Of a stretch of DNA of 64,000 bases, positions 31,471 to 43,400 are shown one piece after another. A model generated the notes under the pieces. That model was not told where the DNA came from, did no database searches, and saw only the letters and a program-made list of their open reading frames with translations. Both the position numbers and the translations under genes were made by a program. The stretch is taken from positions 2,612-66,611 of the forward strand of contig CAJONJ010000039.1 in NCBI GenBank assembly GCA_905236005.1, written 5' to 3'. Every line of letters begins with the position of its first letter. Position 1 is the first letter of the stretch. Source of the DNA: an uncultured Alphaproteobacteria bacterium (GTDB lineage: Bacteria; Pseudomonadota; Alphaproteobacteria; Rs-D84).

Positions 31471-32616
31471 TTAAAACCCTTTAGATGATAATTGTTGGTC
31501 TTTGTGTATTTGTGCGTTTTGACATAAACCAAAACCAAACAGTAACGACATCAGGCTGCTGCCACCAAAAGACATTAACGGCAAAGGAACACCCACAGTC
31601 GGTAATAAACCTAAGACCATAGAGATATTTATAAAATAATAAATGAAAAAGTTCAACATAAAACCAAAACAAATTAACTGCCCAAACCTGTTTCTGCATT
31701 TTTTAGCAGACCAAAACAGTATTACAACAATAAAAGTGTATATCATTAACAACATAAATGCCCCTAAAAACCCAAATTCTTCACCCAACATAGTAAATAT
31801 AAAATCAGTCTGTTTTTCTGGTAAAAATGATTGTTGTGATTGTGTTCCAGACATATATCCTTTGCCCAGCATTCCACCAGACCCAAAGGCAATTTTAGCT
31901 TGGTTTATCTGATAACCTGCCCCACGTGAATCTTGTTCCGGATTTAAAAAAGTAATAATTCTGTCTCGTTGATAATTATGCATTGCACCATACCAGACAG
32001 CTGGTGCAGCCAGCAAACCTAATATAAACGCAATTAAAAACCATTTTTTGTTTGCACCAACTATGTAAAACATACCTATTGTAATCAATGCCAAAGAAAT
32101 TCCTGTGCCTAAATCAGGTTGTAAAAATATGAATATAAATGGAATTATCAACATCAAAACAGGTATTAAATAATTTTTAAATTGTGATAATTCAACAGAA
32201 TTTTTCCAAGCAAAATAGCGTGCCAAAGCTAATACAAGTGCGATTTTTATGAATTCAGATGGTTGAATATTTATAAACCCCAAAGATAACCATCTTTGTG
32301 CACCCATACCAACATTACCAATAAAAGTAACCAAAACTATTAAAACCAAAGCAATTCCATACCAAATGTAAGCTGATTTTATCCAAAATTTAATATTTGA
32401 AAAAGCAACAACAAAAAACACCACCATACAAAAAATTATTTTCAGTAACTGTGATGTTGCAAATGGAAACCATGAACCACCACCAGCACTGAATAAAACC
32501 ACCAAAGATAAAATCAAAACAACACACATTGGTATAAACAAAGACCATGAAAAACGTGACAGTTTTTCACCAAAATTCATCATATTTGCATTAGAGACAC
32601 GTGTTGTTGCTGCCAT
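31471..32616 (-). CDS. rodA: Rod shape-determining protein RodA (SEDS family)
   Basis: GAQRWL, QPSEF, QPDLGT, LPEKQTDFIF, PLMSFGGSS; downstream of PBP2. Confidence 0.95.
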   Translation of the reverse strand: MAATTRVSNANMMNFGEKLSRFSWSLFIPMCVVLILSLVVLFSAGGGSWFPFATSQLLKIIFCMVVFFVVAFSNIKFWIKSAYIWYGIALVLIVLVTFIGNVGMGAQRWLSLGFINIQPSEFIKIALVLALARYFAWKNSVELSQFKNYLIPVLMLIIPFIFIFLQPDLGTGISLALITIGMFYIVGANKKWFLIAFILGLLAAPAVWYGAMHNYQRDRIITFLNPEQDSRGAGYQINQAKIAFGSGGMLGKGYMSGTQSQQSFLPEKQTDFIFTMLGEEFGFLGAFMLLMIYTFIVVILFWSAKKCRNRFGQLICFGFMLNFFIYYFINISMVLGLLPTVGVPLPLMSFGGSSLMSLLFGFGLCQNAQIHKDQQLSSKGF

Positions 32617-32617
32617 T

Positions 32618-34396
32618 TTATTTTAATAATTCCTTTAATATTGTTGCTGTTGCTTTTGCAGCCGGTGAAGATCCACCAGCATGTTCCATAATTACGCATA
32701 CGGCGTATTTTGGGGCGTTTGTGGGTGCATATCCGACAAATAATCCATGATTACGCAAATTCCATTTTAATTGTTCCGTGGTTAAAACACCATGTTGTCT
32801 TTCTGTTTTAGAAATATTTCTGACTTGTGATGTTCCTGTCTTTCCACCCATTTTTTTACCATCTATATTGATTGCACTGCCGGCAGCTGTGCCACCCTTT
32901 TTTGTTACTTGTTCCAGACCATTTAATACATATTGAATATTCTTTTCTTGAATTCCTAAATTTTTAAACGTTTGTTTTTTATCAGAATATATCAGACGTG
33001 GAATAACAACTTTATTAGATGCTACACGTGCCATCATAACAGCTAACTGTAAACAATTAGTTAAAATAAATCCCTGACCAATTCCAGAAATAATAGTATC
33101 ACCATGTACCCAATAAGAACCTATATTTTTTTCTTTCCATCGTCTGTTCGGCATAATTCCAGGCATTTCATTAACCAGAATATCGTCCATATATTTTTGA
33201 TTTAATCCCAATTTCAAAGCCATTGCTTTAATAGCATCAATACCAATACGCAAAGCAATCTGGTAAAAATATATGTCGCATGAATGTTTCAAAGCACCGA
33301 TTAAATCAACCCAACCATGCCCGTCTTTTTCCCAACAATGGTATTTATGATTACCATATTCCCAAAACCCTGGACAAAATATTTTTTCATTTGGTGTAAT
33401 AGCACCACTTTCCAAAGCTGCCAAAGCAACAACAATTTTAAATGTTGATCCAGGTGGATATAAACCTTCTATTGCTTTGTTCATAAACGGTTTAGCTACA
33501 TCAGTTAACAACGAAGAAATATATTCTTCACCGTCATCAGTTTTAAAATTATTTGGATCAAAACTTGGGGTAGAAGCCATCGCTAAGATATCACCAGTTT
33601 CTATATCCAATACAACGCCGCAACCAGCACGATTCAAAGCTAGTGCATCATATAAAACTTTTTGAACATTTTCTTTGATAGTCAGTTTTATATCAGAACC
33701 ATATTGTGGTTGAATAAATTGTGATTTATCTTCACCTGTGATACGCCCAACAGCATTTGTAATTAATACAGTTTGTCCTGATTTACCAGATAAATCTTTA
33801 TTAAATTTTTTTTCCAGTCCAGTTATACCAGTTGTAAAAAATGGTGCATTAGGTAATGGTTTTTTAGGTACACCAACATATCCGAATATTTGTGCCCCAG
33901 CTGGCCCCATTTTATATATACGTGAAAAACCGGTGCTGATATGAATTCCTGGTATGTTTTTTGCTGCCAATTTTGCCAATGTATCCCAATTAGAGCTTTC
34001 ACTTATAAGAACAGGTTGAAAAGCTTGCTGTTTTTTTATATTTCGCCAAATTCTATCCACAGTTTTTTTACGTAATTTTAAATCTTTTGTAACAATATCA
34101 ATCAACGATTGTATATCATCAGTTTCTTCTGGAATAATATATATTCTGTATACAGAAATATCTTTGGAAATTGGTGAACCAGATTCTGATAAAATACTGC
34201 CACGTTTTGGCATAGTTATTTGAACACGAAAAGAATTGTTTTCACTTTTTCTGGTATATTCTTTGTATTCAAAAACCTGCATTTGCAACATTCGTAATAC
34301 TAATACAGAAGTCAAAATTGCACCACCTGTTAAAAACAAAGCACTGCGTCTGTCAAAAGTACGTGCAACTTCTGTATCTATCATTTTTTTACCCAT
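32618..34396 (-). CDS. mrdA: Penicillin-binding protein 2
   Basis: YPPGSTFK (SxxK), SCD, KTGT. Confidence 0.95.
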   Translation of the reverse strand: MGKKMIDTEVARTFDRRSALFLTGGAILTSVLVLRMLQMQVFEYKEYTRKSENNSFRVQITMPKRGSILSESGSPISKDISVYRIYIIPEETDDIQSLIDIVTKDLKLRKKTVDRIWRNIKKQQAFQPVLISESSNWDTLAKLAAKNIPGIHISTGFSRIYKMGPAGAQIFGYVGVPKKPLPNAPFFTTGITGLEKKFNKDLSGKSGQTVLITNAVGRITGEDKSQFIQPQYGSDIKLTIKENVQKVLYDALALNRAGCGVVLDIETGDILAMASTPSFDPNNFKTDDGEEYISSLLTDVAKPFMNKAIEGLYPPGSTFKIVVALAALESGAITPNEKIFCPGFWEYGNHKYHCWEKDGHGWVDLIGALKHSCDIYFYQIALRIGIDAIKAMALKLGLNQKYMDDILVNEMPGIMPNRRWKEKNIGSYWVHGDTIISGIGQGFILTNCLQLAVMMARVASNKVVIPRLIYSDKKQTFKNLGIQEKNIQYVLNGLEQVTKKGGTAAGSAINIDGKKMGGKTGTSQVRNISKTERQHGVLTTEQLKWNLRNHGLFVGYAPTNAPKYAVCVIMEHAGGSSPAAKATATILKELLK

Positions 34397-34833
34397 TTAT
34401 CTGAGGCTGTTATTGGTGTATATAAGACACTTAACCAAACAAACAACCAAATGTTATTTATAAAACTGATCCATGTCCAACCAGAAAATATTAAAATTAA
34501 AAGTCCCAGCCCGATAAACAGCATAAATAAATACAAAGAATTATTTTCAAAATGTGTTGCATCAATATAATTCTGAAAACCATTTACCGCATAAAATAAA
34601 CAAAATAAACTGGTCCAAAACAAAGGTAAATTACATCTGTAATCTATCAAAAAACAAAATAATAAACCGAACAAAACAAACCAATTTATCGGGCGAACAA
34701 AAGTATAATAAAATACAGGTATCAAAGCCAATATTCCAGCCGGATTCCACCAAGGTATAGATAATCGCCACAAAAATACCGTTATTAGAAACGGAAAAGA
34801 TTTATGAAAAAAACGAACAAAATCGTTAATCAT
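34381..34833 (-). CDS. mreD: MreD-like membrane protein
   Basis: Hydrophobic 150-aa ORF between mreC and mrdA. Confidence 0.7.
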   Translation of the reverse strand: MINDFVRFFHKSFPFLITVFLWRLSIPWWNPAGILALIPVFYYTFVRPINWFVLFGLLFCFLIDYRCNLPLFWTSLFCLFYAVNGFQNYIDATHFENNSLYLFMLFIGLGLLILIFSGWTWISFINNIWLFVWLSVLYTPITASDKWVKK

Positions 34834-35651
34834 TTATACGAATCCATATTATTGTGTTTTAATACCATAACACGAGATACTTGATTAGGACGTAATACAT
34901 CAACATGTTTATCGTCAATCATATTTCCGATATAAATACCAGCAGGTAAAATTCCACTAATATTACTGGTTATAACTTTTAATCCAGCATGACCAACAAA
35001 CGCAGGATTACTGAAAAAACCAATAAATGATTTATTTTTACCATTTCCTTGTAAAAAACCAGAAATATCAGTTCCTGAAATTCTGACAGCTAAATTTGTA
35101 TCTGCATCTGTCAGGGCACGTACACGGCAAAACACAGAACCACAATCAATAATTGTTCCAATTAACCTGTTATCAAAAGACACAACAACCATACCGTGTT
35201 CTAAATCAGATTTTTTGCCACGATTTATTAAAAATGTTGTGTGATGAAACGCAGAATCATCAAATTGGATGTCTGCGATGACTGTCTTGAACGGAGAAGC
35301 ACGTTTTATATCCATCTCTTGTTCCAGTTTTTTATTTTCATCTATGGCAATTTCACATTGATGTTGGTTAGACAAAGCCATATCTAGACGTGCACGCAAT
35401 TCTTCGTTTTCAGCCCGTAACAAAGATGTTTCACGAATCCATGTAACACTTTGCCCAATAACATGAACAGGCCATGTAATAACATCTCCGACCCAATGTG
35501 CAACAGGTAACACAATATGAGCCAATCCGTTCATAATCGTATAATCAGGCTTTGCAACCATAATATATATTATAAATATAGGTAAAGCCGCCGCCGCTAA
35601 AACGGATTTTAACATTTTTGTCAGTTTATAAGATAACTTATCCTTGGTCAT
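34830..35651 (-). CDS. mreC: Rod shape-determining protein MreC
   Basis: TM, coiled coil LRAENEELRA, INRG, TSNISGILPAGIYIG; start moved to ATG 35651. Confidence 0.9.
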   Translation of the reverse strand: MTKDKLSYKLTKMLKSVLAAAALPIFIIYIMVAKPDYTIMNGLAHIVLPVAHWVGDVITWPVHVIGQSVTWIRETSLLRAENEELRARLDMALSNQHQCEIAIDENKKLEQEMDIKRASPFKTVIADIQFDDSAFHHTTFLINRGKKSDLEHGMVVVSFDNRLIGTIIDCGSVFCRVRALTDADTNLAVRISGTDISGFLQGNGKNKSFIGFFSNPAFVGHAGLKVITSNISGILPAGIYIGNMIDDKHVDVLRPNQVSRVMVLKHNNMDSYK

Positions 35652-35777
35652 ACTAAACACTTTAAACGCAAAAAAACCAATATTCAATAAAAACTTGATT
35701 TTTCGTTTTTATCTGTCAAAATAAAGGACGACCGACATGGCAAGGCATTGCCACGAGGATAAAAAAAAGGATATAAA

Positions 35778-35981
35778 ATGCCAAAAATGAAAACAAAATC
35801 ATATATGAAAAAACGTGCGTCCATGACTGCAACTGGTAAGATCCGTGTTGCAAGAAATGCCCACAAAAAACGTCTTATGCACCAATCTAAACGTGCAAAT
35901 AAAGCTGGGGCAAAACCACAGTATTTGAACAAGAACATGATGGGTCAGGCAAAAATCTTGGCTCCATATGGATTAGATTAA
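35778..35981 (+). CDS. rpmI: 50S ribosomal protein L35
   Basis: MPKMKTKS...TATGKI; precedes rplT. Confidence 0.92.
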   Translation: MPKMKTKSYMKKRASMTATGKIRVARNAHKKRLMHQSKRANKAGAKPQYLNKNMMGQAKILAPYGLD

Positions 35982-35992
35982 GGGGGCATATT

Positions 35993-36361
35993 ATGGCAAG
36001 GGTAAAACGTGGAACAACCGTAAAACAAAAACACAAAAAGATACTTGACAGAGCAAAAGGATATTTGGCTCGTCATCATTCTACTTATCGTGCTGCTCGT
36101 GAAAAAACTGAAAAAGCAGGTCAGTATGCATACCGTGATCGTCGTCAAAAGAAACGTGATTTTCGTTCAATATGGATTGTCCGTATTAATGCTGCTGTTC
36201 GTCCAAACGGTTTAACATACAGCCAGTTCATGAATGGTTTGAAGAAAGCAGGTATTGCTTTGGACCGCAAAGTATTGGCCCAAATGGCATATGATGCTGA
36301 TAAAAACTTCAATACATTGATTGAAACTGCAAAACGATTTATTTCCGCTTCAGCTAAATAA
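35993..36361 (+). CDS. rplT: 50S ribosomal protein L20
   Basis: MARVKRG, AYRDRRQKKRDFRSIWIVRINAA. Confidence 0.97.
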   Translation: MARVKRGTTVKQKHKKILDRAKGYLARHHSTYRAAREKTEKAGQYAYRDRRQKKRDFRSIWIVRINAAVRPNGLTYSQFMNGLKKAGIALDRKVLAQMAYDADKNFNTLIETAKRFISASAK

Positions 36362-36438
36362 CTCTTGGCGGCGGGGTTTTGTTTTGTAATAATAAGGCCG
36401 TAGATATACGGTCTTGTTTTTTTATAACGGGGAATACA

Positions 36439-37380
36439 ATGAAAGATAAAATTAAAAATATTGGTTCATTAGAAGATTTACAGGCATTATATACCGAAAT
36501 ATTTGGTAAAAATGGCACTATGACCCAAAAATTAAAAAATATGGCAAATTTAACAAACGAAGAACGAACAGTTATTAACGCGGAAAACGCAGAATTACGT
36601 CAATTGTTCAAAGACAAACAAAATGAATTAGAATTGGCGGCGTTGAATGCTAAATTGGCGACTGAAAAAATAGATGTTACTTTAGATGTTGAACCCAAAA
36701 ATCGTGGAACAATACATCCGCTGACACAAGCATTAAAAGAAATTTCATCTATTGCACAATCTTTGGGATATACATTGATGACTGGACCAGAAATAGAAGA
36801 TGATTGGCATAATTTTACTGCTTTAAATACGCCAGAATATCATCCCGCTCGTGATATGCAAGATACTTTCTTTTTAGAAAATGGTAATGTAATGCGGACA
36901 CAGACATCTGCAGTTCAGATTCGTGCGATGGAAAAATATGGCACACCAATAAAAATGTTTTTTATTGGGCCAACATATCGCAAAGAAATGAATGCTACTC
37001 ATACCCCAATGTTTCATCAAATAGAAGGTTTATGTGTTGATAAAAACGTTACCATAGCAGATTTACTTGGTACTTTGCGGACAATTTTATCAAAGTTTTT
37101 TGAAAAGGACATAGAAATGCGTGTTCGTCCTTCGTATTTTCCGTTTACAGAACCGTCTGTTGAAATAGATATGAAATGGGGTGACAAATGGCTTGAATTA
37201 CTAGGTGGCGGTATAGTGCACCCAAATGTTTTGCGTAATTGTGGTATTGACCCAGAACAATATCAGGGCTTTGCTTTTGGTCTTGGATGGGACAGATTAG
37301 CAATGTTGAAATATGGCTTGAACGATTTGCGTGCTTTTTATGATGGCGATATCAGATGGCTGAAAAACAGTGGTTTTTAA
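36439..37380 (+). CDS. pheS: Phenylalanine-tRNA ligase alpha subunit
   Basis: HPARDMQDTF, RTQTS, FHQIEG, YFPFTEPS; start moved to ATG 36439. Confidence 0.96.
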   Translation: MKDKIKNIGSLEDLQALYTEIFGKNGTMTQKLKNMANLTNEERTVINAENAELRQLFKDKQNELELAALNAKLATEKIDVTLDVEPKNRGTIHPLTQALKEISSIAQSLGYTLMTGPEIEDDWHNFTALNTPEYHPARDMQDTFFLENGNVMRTQTSAVQIRAMEKYGTPIKMFFIGPTYRKEMNATHTPMFHQIEGLCVDKNVTIADLLGTLRTILSKFFEKDIEMRVRPSYFPFTEPSVEIDMKWGDKWLELLGGGIVHPNVLRNCGIDPEQYQGFAFGLGWDRLAMLKYGLNDLRAFYDGDIRWLKNSGF

Positions 37381-37394
37381 TAAGGGGGTAAAAA

Positions 37395-39716
37395 ATGAAA
37401 TGGTCTTATGAATGGTTAAAACAATATTTGAAAACAGATTTAACCCCACAGCAAATTGCTGATAAATTGACATCTATTGGACTGGAAGTTGAAGATTTGG
37501 AAACACCTGTTTTGCCGATTGCTGCAAAAATTGTTGAATGTGTTGCACACCCAGACAGTGATCATTTACATATATTACAGGTTGATGATGGTTCTGGAAA
37601 ATTACGTCAGATTGTATGTGGTGCACCAAACGCACGTGTTGGATTGGTTTCTGCGTTGGCATTACCTGGTTGCAAAATCGGTGATACAATCATTCAAAAT
37701 GGTAAATTACGTGGTGTTGAATCCAAAGGCATGATGTGCAGTGGTAAAGAACTTGGTATCAATGATGACCACAGTGGTATTATAGAATTAGATGAAAAAC
37801 AAGAAACAATCGGTCAAACAATATCTGCTTTGGCTGATTCTGCATCTGCGATAATAGAAACTTCAATAACACCAAACCGTCCTGATTATTTGGCTGTGCG
37901 TGGAATTGCACTGGATTTAAGTGCGTCCGGCATTGGTGAATATGTTGAAGATAAAATCAAAGAACTTGATTTAGTTCCGGGCAAAAGAAAGGTTAATTTA
38001 TTAGCACCAGAGACATGTCCAACATATAGATTCTGTGAAATACACGGAATTAAAAATGCTCCGTCAAACGGTATAATTCAAAGACGTTTACGTAGTGCCG
38101 GGATAAATCCAAAAAATGCACCGATAGACGCTACTAATTACATTTGTTATGATATGGCACAACCTATGCATTGCTTTGATGCAGATAAAATTGTAGGTGA
38201 TATTACTGTGCGTATGGCAAAAGATGGTGAAAAATTCACAGATTTGTTTGGAACCGAACATACATTAAATGAAAAAGATTTGGTGATTTGTGATGATGCA
38301 GGAATACTTGCTTTGGCTGGTGTTGTTGGTGGCGACAGGGCTTCTACAACAAATGACACGAAAAATATTATTTTGGAATCCGCATATTTTAATCCTGTAT
38401 CAATTCGTAAATCGTCAAAGAAAATTGGTTTGTCCACCGATTCTTCATACAGATATGAACGTGGTATAGATCCGAATTTGTCGGCCAAAGCATTAGCGTA
38501 TGCAGCAAAAATTATAATGGATACATGTAGTGGTAAAATCGTCAATGTTTCTGTTGCTGGTCGTGCATCCTATACACCAGAATCTGTGCGTTATAACCCA
38601 TCGTTGTTTGAACAAAAAACAGGTATCAAGCTTGATGAAGAAACACAAAGAAAGATTTTAACTGATTTACATTATGATATTAAAAATACTAAAAACGGCG
38701 ATTGGATGGTGACACCTATTCCATCACGTGTTGATGTTGTTATCCCAGAAAATATAGTTTCTGATTTAATACGTATGTATGGTTATGATAAAATCGGTTT
38801 GAATTATGTTTCTGAAAATAATACGACAAAAATAAACAATGATATAAACATATCGTTAAAAGAAAAATTAGCAGGACTCGGCTTAAATGAATCTGTTTCA
38901 TTTGGTTTAGGAAACAGTAAAATTGAACAAATTTTGACAGATAAACCTGTTATTAAAATTGCAAATCCTATTGTCATAGATTTGGATACAGCACGTAATA
39001 ATTTATTGGAAAATCTGTTAATTGCTGTTGAAAAAAATGAAAGTCGTGGTTTTATGGACATAAATATATTTGAACAAGGAACTGTTTTTGATGGTGATAA
39101 ACCTGGTGAACAACATACATCTGTTTGTATAATTCGGACAGGTTCTACATCACCAAAACATTGGCAGAAACGTAATCGCCAGGTTGATATATTTGATGTC
39201 AAGGCTGATTTAGTATCATTGCTGGGGGCACAAAAATACACAATTGATACTGCAAATGCACCACGTTGGGCACACCCATACAGATATGGTGCGATTGTTC
39301 AAGGTAAAAAGGTTTTGGCACAATTTGGACAATTACATCCGTCAATTGCTAAACAAATGCGTATTAAAAGTAATGTGTATATTGGCTTGGTTGAAGATAT
39401 TGAAAATCTGCCAAAAAATCCAAAACATAAAAAAATACCAATGACTGATTTTATGCCGATAACACGTGATTTTGCGTTTGTCGTTGATGATAATTTTGAA
39501 TCTCAGAAAATGGTGTCGGTTGCATTAGCTTCTGACCCAAGAATTTCTGATATTGTTATATTTGATTCGTTTGATATGGGTGATGGAAAAAAATCTGTGG
39601 CTTTCACAATCACAATTTATCCAGAACAAAATATGAACGATGAAGAATTATTAAAGATTCAAGATGCGATTATCAAAAATGTTGAATCAAAATGCGGTGC
39701 AAAATTGCGTGCATAA
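37395..39716 (+). CDS. pheT: Phenylalanine-tRNA ligase beta subunit
   Basis: IVCGAPN, TPNRPD, RYERGID, C-terminal RDFAF anticodon-binding domain. Confidence 0.96.
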   Translation: MKWSYEWLKQYLKTDLTPQQIADKLTSIGLEVEDLETPVLPIAAKIVECVAHPDSDHLHILQVDDGSGKLRQIVCGAPNARVGLVSALALPGCKIGDTIIQNGKLRGVESKGMMCSGKELGINDDHSGIIELDEKQETIGQTISALADSASAIIETSITPNRPDYLAVRGIALDLSASGIGEYVEDKIKELDLVPGKRKVNLLAPETCPTYRFCEIHGIKNAPSNGIIQRRLRSAGINPKNAPIDATNYICYDMAQPMHCFDADKIVGDITVRMAKDGEKFTDLFGTEHTLNEKDLVICDDAGILALAGVVGGDRASTTNDTKNIILESAYFNPVSIRKSSKKIGLSTDSSYRYERGIDPNLSAKALAYAAKIIMDTCSGKIVNVSVAGRASYTPESVRYNPSLFEQKTGIKLDEETQRKILTDLHYDIKNTKNGDWMVTPIPSRVDVVIPENIVSDLIRMYGYDKIGLNYVSENNTTKINNDINISLKEKLAGLGLNESVSFGLGNSKIEQILTDKPVIKIANPIVIDLDTARNNLLENLLIAVEKNESRGFMDINIFEQGTVFDGDKPGEQHTSVCIIRTGSTSPKHWQKRNRQVDIFDVKADLVSLLGAQKYTIDTANAPRWAHPYRYGAIVQGKKVLAQFGQLHPSIAKQMRIKSNVYIGLVEDIENLPKNPKHKKIPMTDFMPITRDFAFVVDDNFESQKMVSVALASDPRISDIVIFDSFDMGDGKKSVAFTITIYPEQNMNDEELLKIQDAIIKNVESKCGAKLRA

Positions 39717-39733
39717 ATGGTTTGAAAAATGTT

Positions 39734-39763
39734 AAAAAACACCGGCATTTGCCGGTGTTTTTT
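39734..39763. terminator. Bidirectional terminator
   Basis: AAAAAACACCGGCA-TT-TGCCGGTGTTTTTT. Confidence 0.85.
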
Positions 39764-40436
39764 ATATGTTTTTATCGGTTGAATTACACCATTTTGCAAC
39801 TGGGCAATTTATACATCTGGGTTTTATTGCTTTGCATGTATAACGTCCATGTAAAACCATAACATGATTTACCATTTCATGATATTTTGCTGGAATATAT
39901 TTTAATAATTTTTCTTCTACTTTTTCTGGTGTGTTATCGTTTTCGTTAACCCAGTTAAAACGATGTGATAATCTAAAAACATGTGTGTCTACGCCGATGT
40001 TTGGTGCGTGCCACAAAACGTTCATAATTACATTTGCGGTCTTTTGACCAACACCAGACAATTTCATCAATTCATCACGGTTATGATATTTGTTCGGAAA
40101 ATGATAATTTATATCGTTACTGTTTTTATCAAGTATTTGTTCTGATAATTTAATAATGTTTTCTGCTTTGTTATTAAAAAAAGAAATAACCCGAATATGT
40201 TTTTTTAAACCATCAGTTCCCAGTTTTAACATTTTATCTGGTGTTGGTGCAATTTTGAAAAGTTCGGGTGTTACTTCGTTTACTTTTTTATCGGTTGCTT
40301 GGGCTGATAAAATCACAGCCACAGCAAAAGTAAATTCATTTATCGCATATAACTCTGACCGAATATCCATATTTAATGTTGGACAAACATTTGTAAAATA
40401 GATATCCGGTGTCAAAGTTATGTTTTTTGTTTTCAT
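39762..40436 (-). CDS. nth: Endonuclease III
   Basis: LSAQATD, HhH LSGVGQKTANV, VDTHV, Cx6Cx2Cx5C Fe-S motif. Confidence 0.95.
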   Translation of the reverse strand: MKTKNITLTPDIYFTNVCPTLNMDIRSELYAINEFTFAVAVILSAQATDKKVNEVTPELFKIAPTPDKMLKLGTDGLKKHIRVISFFNNKAENIIKLSEQILDKNSNDINYHFPNKYHNRDELMKLSGVGQKTANVIMNVLWHAPNIGVDTHVFRLSHRFNWVNENDNTPEKVEEKLLKYIPAKYHEMVNHVMVLHGRYTCKAIKPRCINCPVAKWCNSTDKNI

Positions 40437-43400
40437 TATGCTTTTTTAATATTGATTGATAAATTATAGCCTTCTATTTCAGTAGAAAATTGATTAGCTT
40501 CACCAAATTCCATTTCAACAATCAAAGCATCGTGCATAATACGTTTTTTGTGTGTTTCAATCGCATTGTGCATAGCTATTTCTGTATTGTATGTCAGTTT
40601 AATTCTGTCAGATACATCTAAATTTGCTGCTTTTCTTGAATCTTGGATGAAACGCAAAGCATCGTTTACCAGTCCTTCTGCAATAAGTTCTGCATTTGTT
40701 TCTGTATTCAAAACAACAACAGCTGTGTTATCTGGCAAAGCAATACCAGTTACATCATTTTTAACAGTCAAACGGTTTTCAAATTCATCACTGTTCAAAG
40801 TATATTCACCAACAATCAATTCGTCGCCTTTGATTTCATAATCGCCACGTTTAACAGCTGGGATTATATCTTTCAAAGCACCACCAAGGCGTGCCCCAAT
40901 TTTTGGTGTTATTAAATATACAAATGAATCTGCAACGTTATGAATATCTTTTGTAAACTTAACATGTTTTACATTTAATTCATCTTTGATAATATCGGCA
41001 TATTCAGGCATATTAACACCAGCGATTGTGACATCTAGTAACGGCAGACGATTACGCAATTTATATTGTTCACGTAATTGTTTTCCGACAGACACAATCA
41101 TCTGAACACGACGCATATCATTAACGATTTGTTCATCTGTATTTGTTGCCTTTGGCCAATTCTGTAAATGAACAGATTCTTCACCAGTTAAATTCTTGAA
41201 TATATATTCGGAAATAAATGGTGCAAAAGGTGCTAAACAAGTGCAGAATGTTTTCAACACATAATGCAATGTTTCAAACGCACTTTCATCTTCGTCCCAG
41301 AATCTGTCACGATTACGACGAATATACCAATTATTTAACACATCTAAGAACCGAACAAATTCTTTAACAGCAATATCTGATCTATAATCTTCTAATGCGT
41401 TTGTCGTTATTTTTACCAATTCATTTAGTTCAGATAAAATATATTTATCTAATAAATTGTCAGAATTTGGTTCTTTCTTTACGGTGATATTCGCTGCGTT
41501 TGCATATAATGTAAAGAAATGATACGCATTCCAAAGCGGTGTTAAAATAGTTTTTATTGTATCGTTAAATACTTTACCGTCTTTGTCTACACCAACTGGT
41601 TCAGCTTTCATAAAATTGCTGCCTTGGATAAACAAACGTATAGCATCTGCGCCGTATGTTTCCATCTGTTCAGTCGGATCAACGTAATTTTTTAATGATT
41701 TAGAAAATTTACGTTTTTGTTCATCACAGATAATTCCATTACAAGAAACAACTTTGAATGCTGGTTTATCAAACAAAGCAACCGCCATTACCATTAAACC
41801 ATAAAACCAACCACGTGTTTGTTCGTTTGCTTCAAAAACATAATCTGCTGGGAAAACCTTTTCAAATTTATCTTGGTTTTCAAACGGATAATGCAAATGT
41901 GCAAATGGCATAGAACCACTTTCAAACCAACAGTCTAAAACGTCAGGTATTCTGTGCCAACCGTCTTTTGTTAATTTATCAAGTGTTGGACGATGCAAAT
42001 CATCAATTTTGACGCCAAAGAAATCTTCTATTTCTTTGATAGAACCAAACACTTTATATTCGCCATCTTTTTCCCAAATTGGTAATGGAACACCCCAGAA
42101 TCTGTTTCTGGTAATACCCCATTCACGAGCATTTTCAATCCATGCCATAAAACGATTACCGGCAGATGTCCATTTAGTTTGAGTTTTTGTGATTTCGACC
42201 AATCTGTTGCGGATTTTTGGAACATCAACATACCATGCATCAGTAGCACGTTGAATCAGTTTTTCCTTGCTGCGTGGACCATATGGATAACTGTGTTTAT
42301 GTTGTTCTTTTTTAACCAAAATACCATTTTGTTTTAACCAATCTATGACCTTTGGATTAGCGTCAAATATATTTTCGCCAGCCCAATCTTTCACAGTATT
42401 ATCAAAATTACCATAATCGTCCACATTCAAAATCACAGGAAATTTTGAATTTAATGCTTTGGCTGCAAAATAGTCTTCTTCACCAAATGCAGGTGCAATA
42501 TGAACGATACCTGTTCCATCACCATCACTGACATAATCAGCGGATATGATTTGATGTAACAATGGGCTTTGATTTTCATAATAATTAAATATAGGTTTAT
42601 AATGCAATCCAACCAATTCTGAACCCATAATTTCGCCAACTTTTTCAGAACCAGCAAAGATTTTTTCATATTCTTTTAATCTGGTTTCAGCCAAAACATA
42701 AACATGTCCGTCTTCGTGTTTCATGCGTACATATTTCATGTTTGGGTTTACAGCCAAAGCAGAATTCGCAGGTAATGTCCATGGTGTTGTTGTCCATGCG
42801 ATTGCCCTGTCCCCATTTTCTAATTCAAACCAAACAGTTACAGTATCGTCAACAACATCACGATAATCTTCGCTGGCTTCACTGTTTGATAAAACTGTTC
42901 CCAGTTTCCAATCATATGGATTTACTTTGAAATCTTTATAAAGTAAACCTTTGTCATATAATTGTTTTAATCCCCATATAACAGATTCCATATAGGTTTT
43001 ATCCATTGTACGGTAACCGTAACCGTCACCCATATCAACCCAACGACCAATACGTTCAATAAAACGCAACCATTCTGTTGAATATTTCATAACACCGGCT
43101 TGGCACATATCACAAAAAGCACCGATGCCCTGTTCTGCAACAATGTTTTTGGCACTTTTACCAGTTTCGTTTTCAACTGCTATTTCTGCTGGTAATCCAT
43201 GGCAATCCCAACCAAGCTCACGTTCAACATGTCTGCCACACATAGTTTTATAACGTGAAACCATATCTTTGATACTTGATACACCCAAATGTCCCCAATG
43301 AGGTAACCCATTTGCAAACGGTGGGCCGTCATAGAAATTAAATGGTTCACCCATCTTTGTTTTATTCAAAGATTTATGGAACGTATCGTTTTCACGCCAA

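Noticed and set aside
35738..35753. TGGCAA-GGCA-TTGCCA hairpin before rpmI as an L20 leader
   Set aside because: Plausible, but a single 6-bp stem is not enough to call.
35684..35938. 84-aa minus-strand ORF
   Set aside because: Antisense to rpmI.
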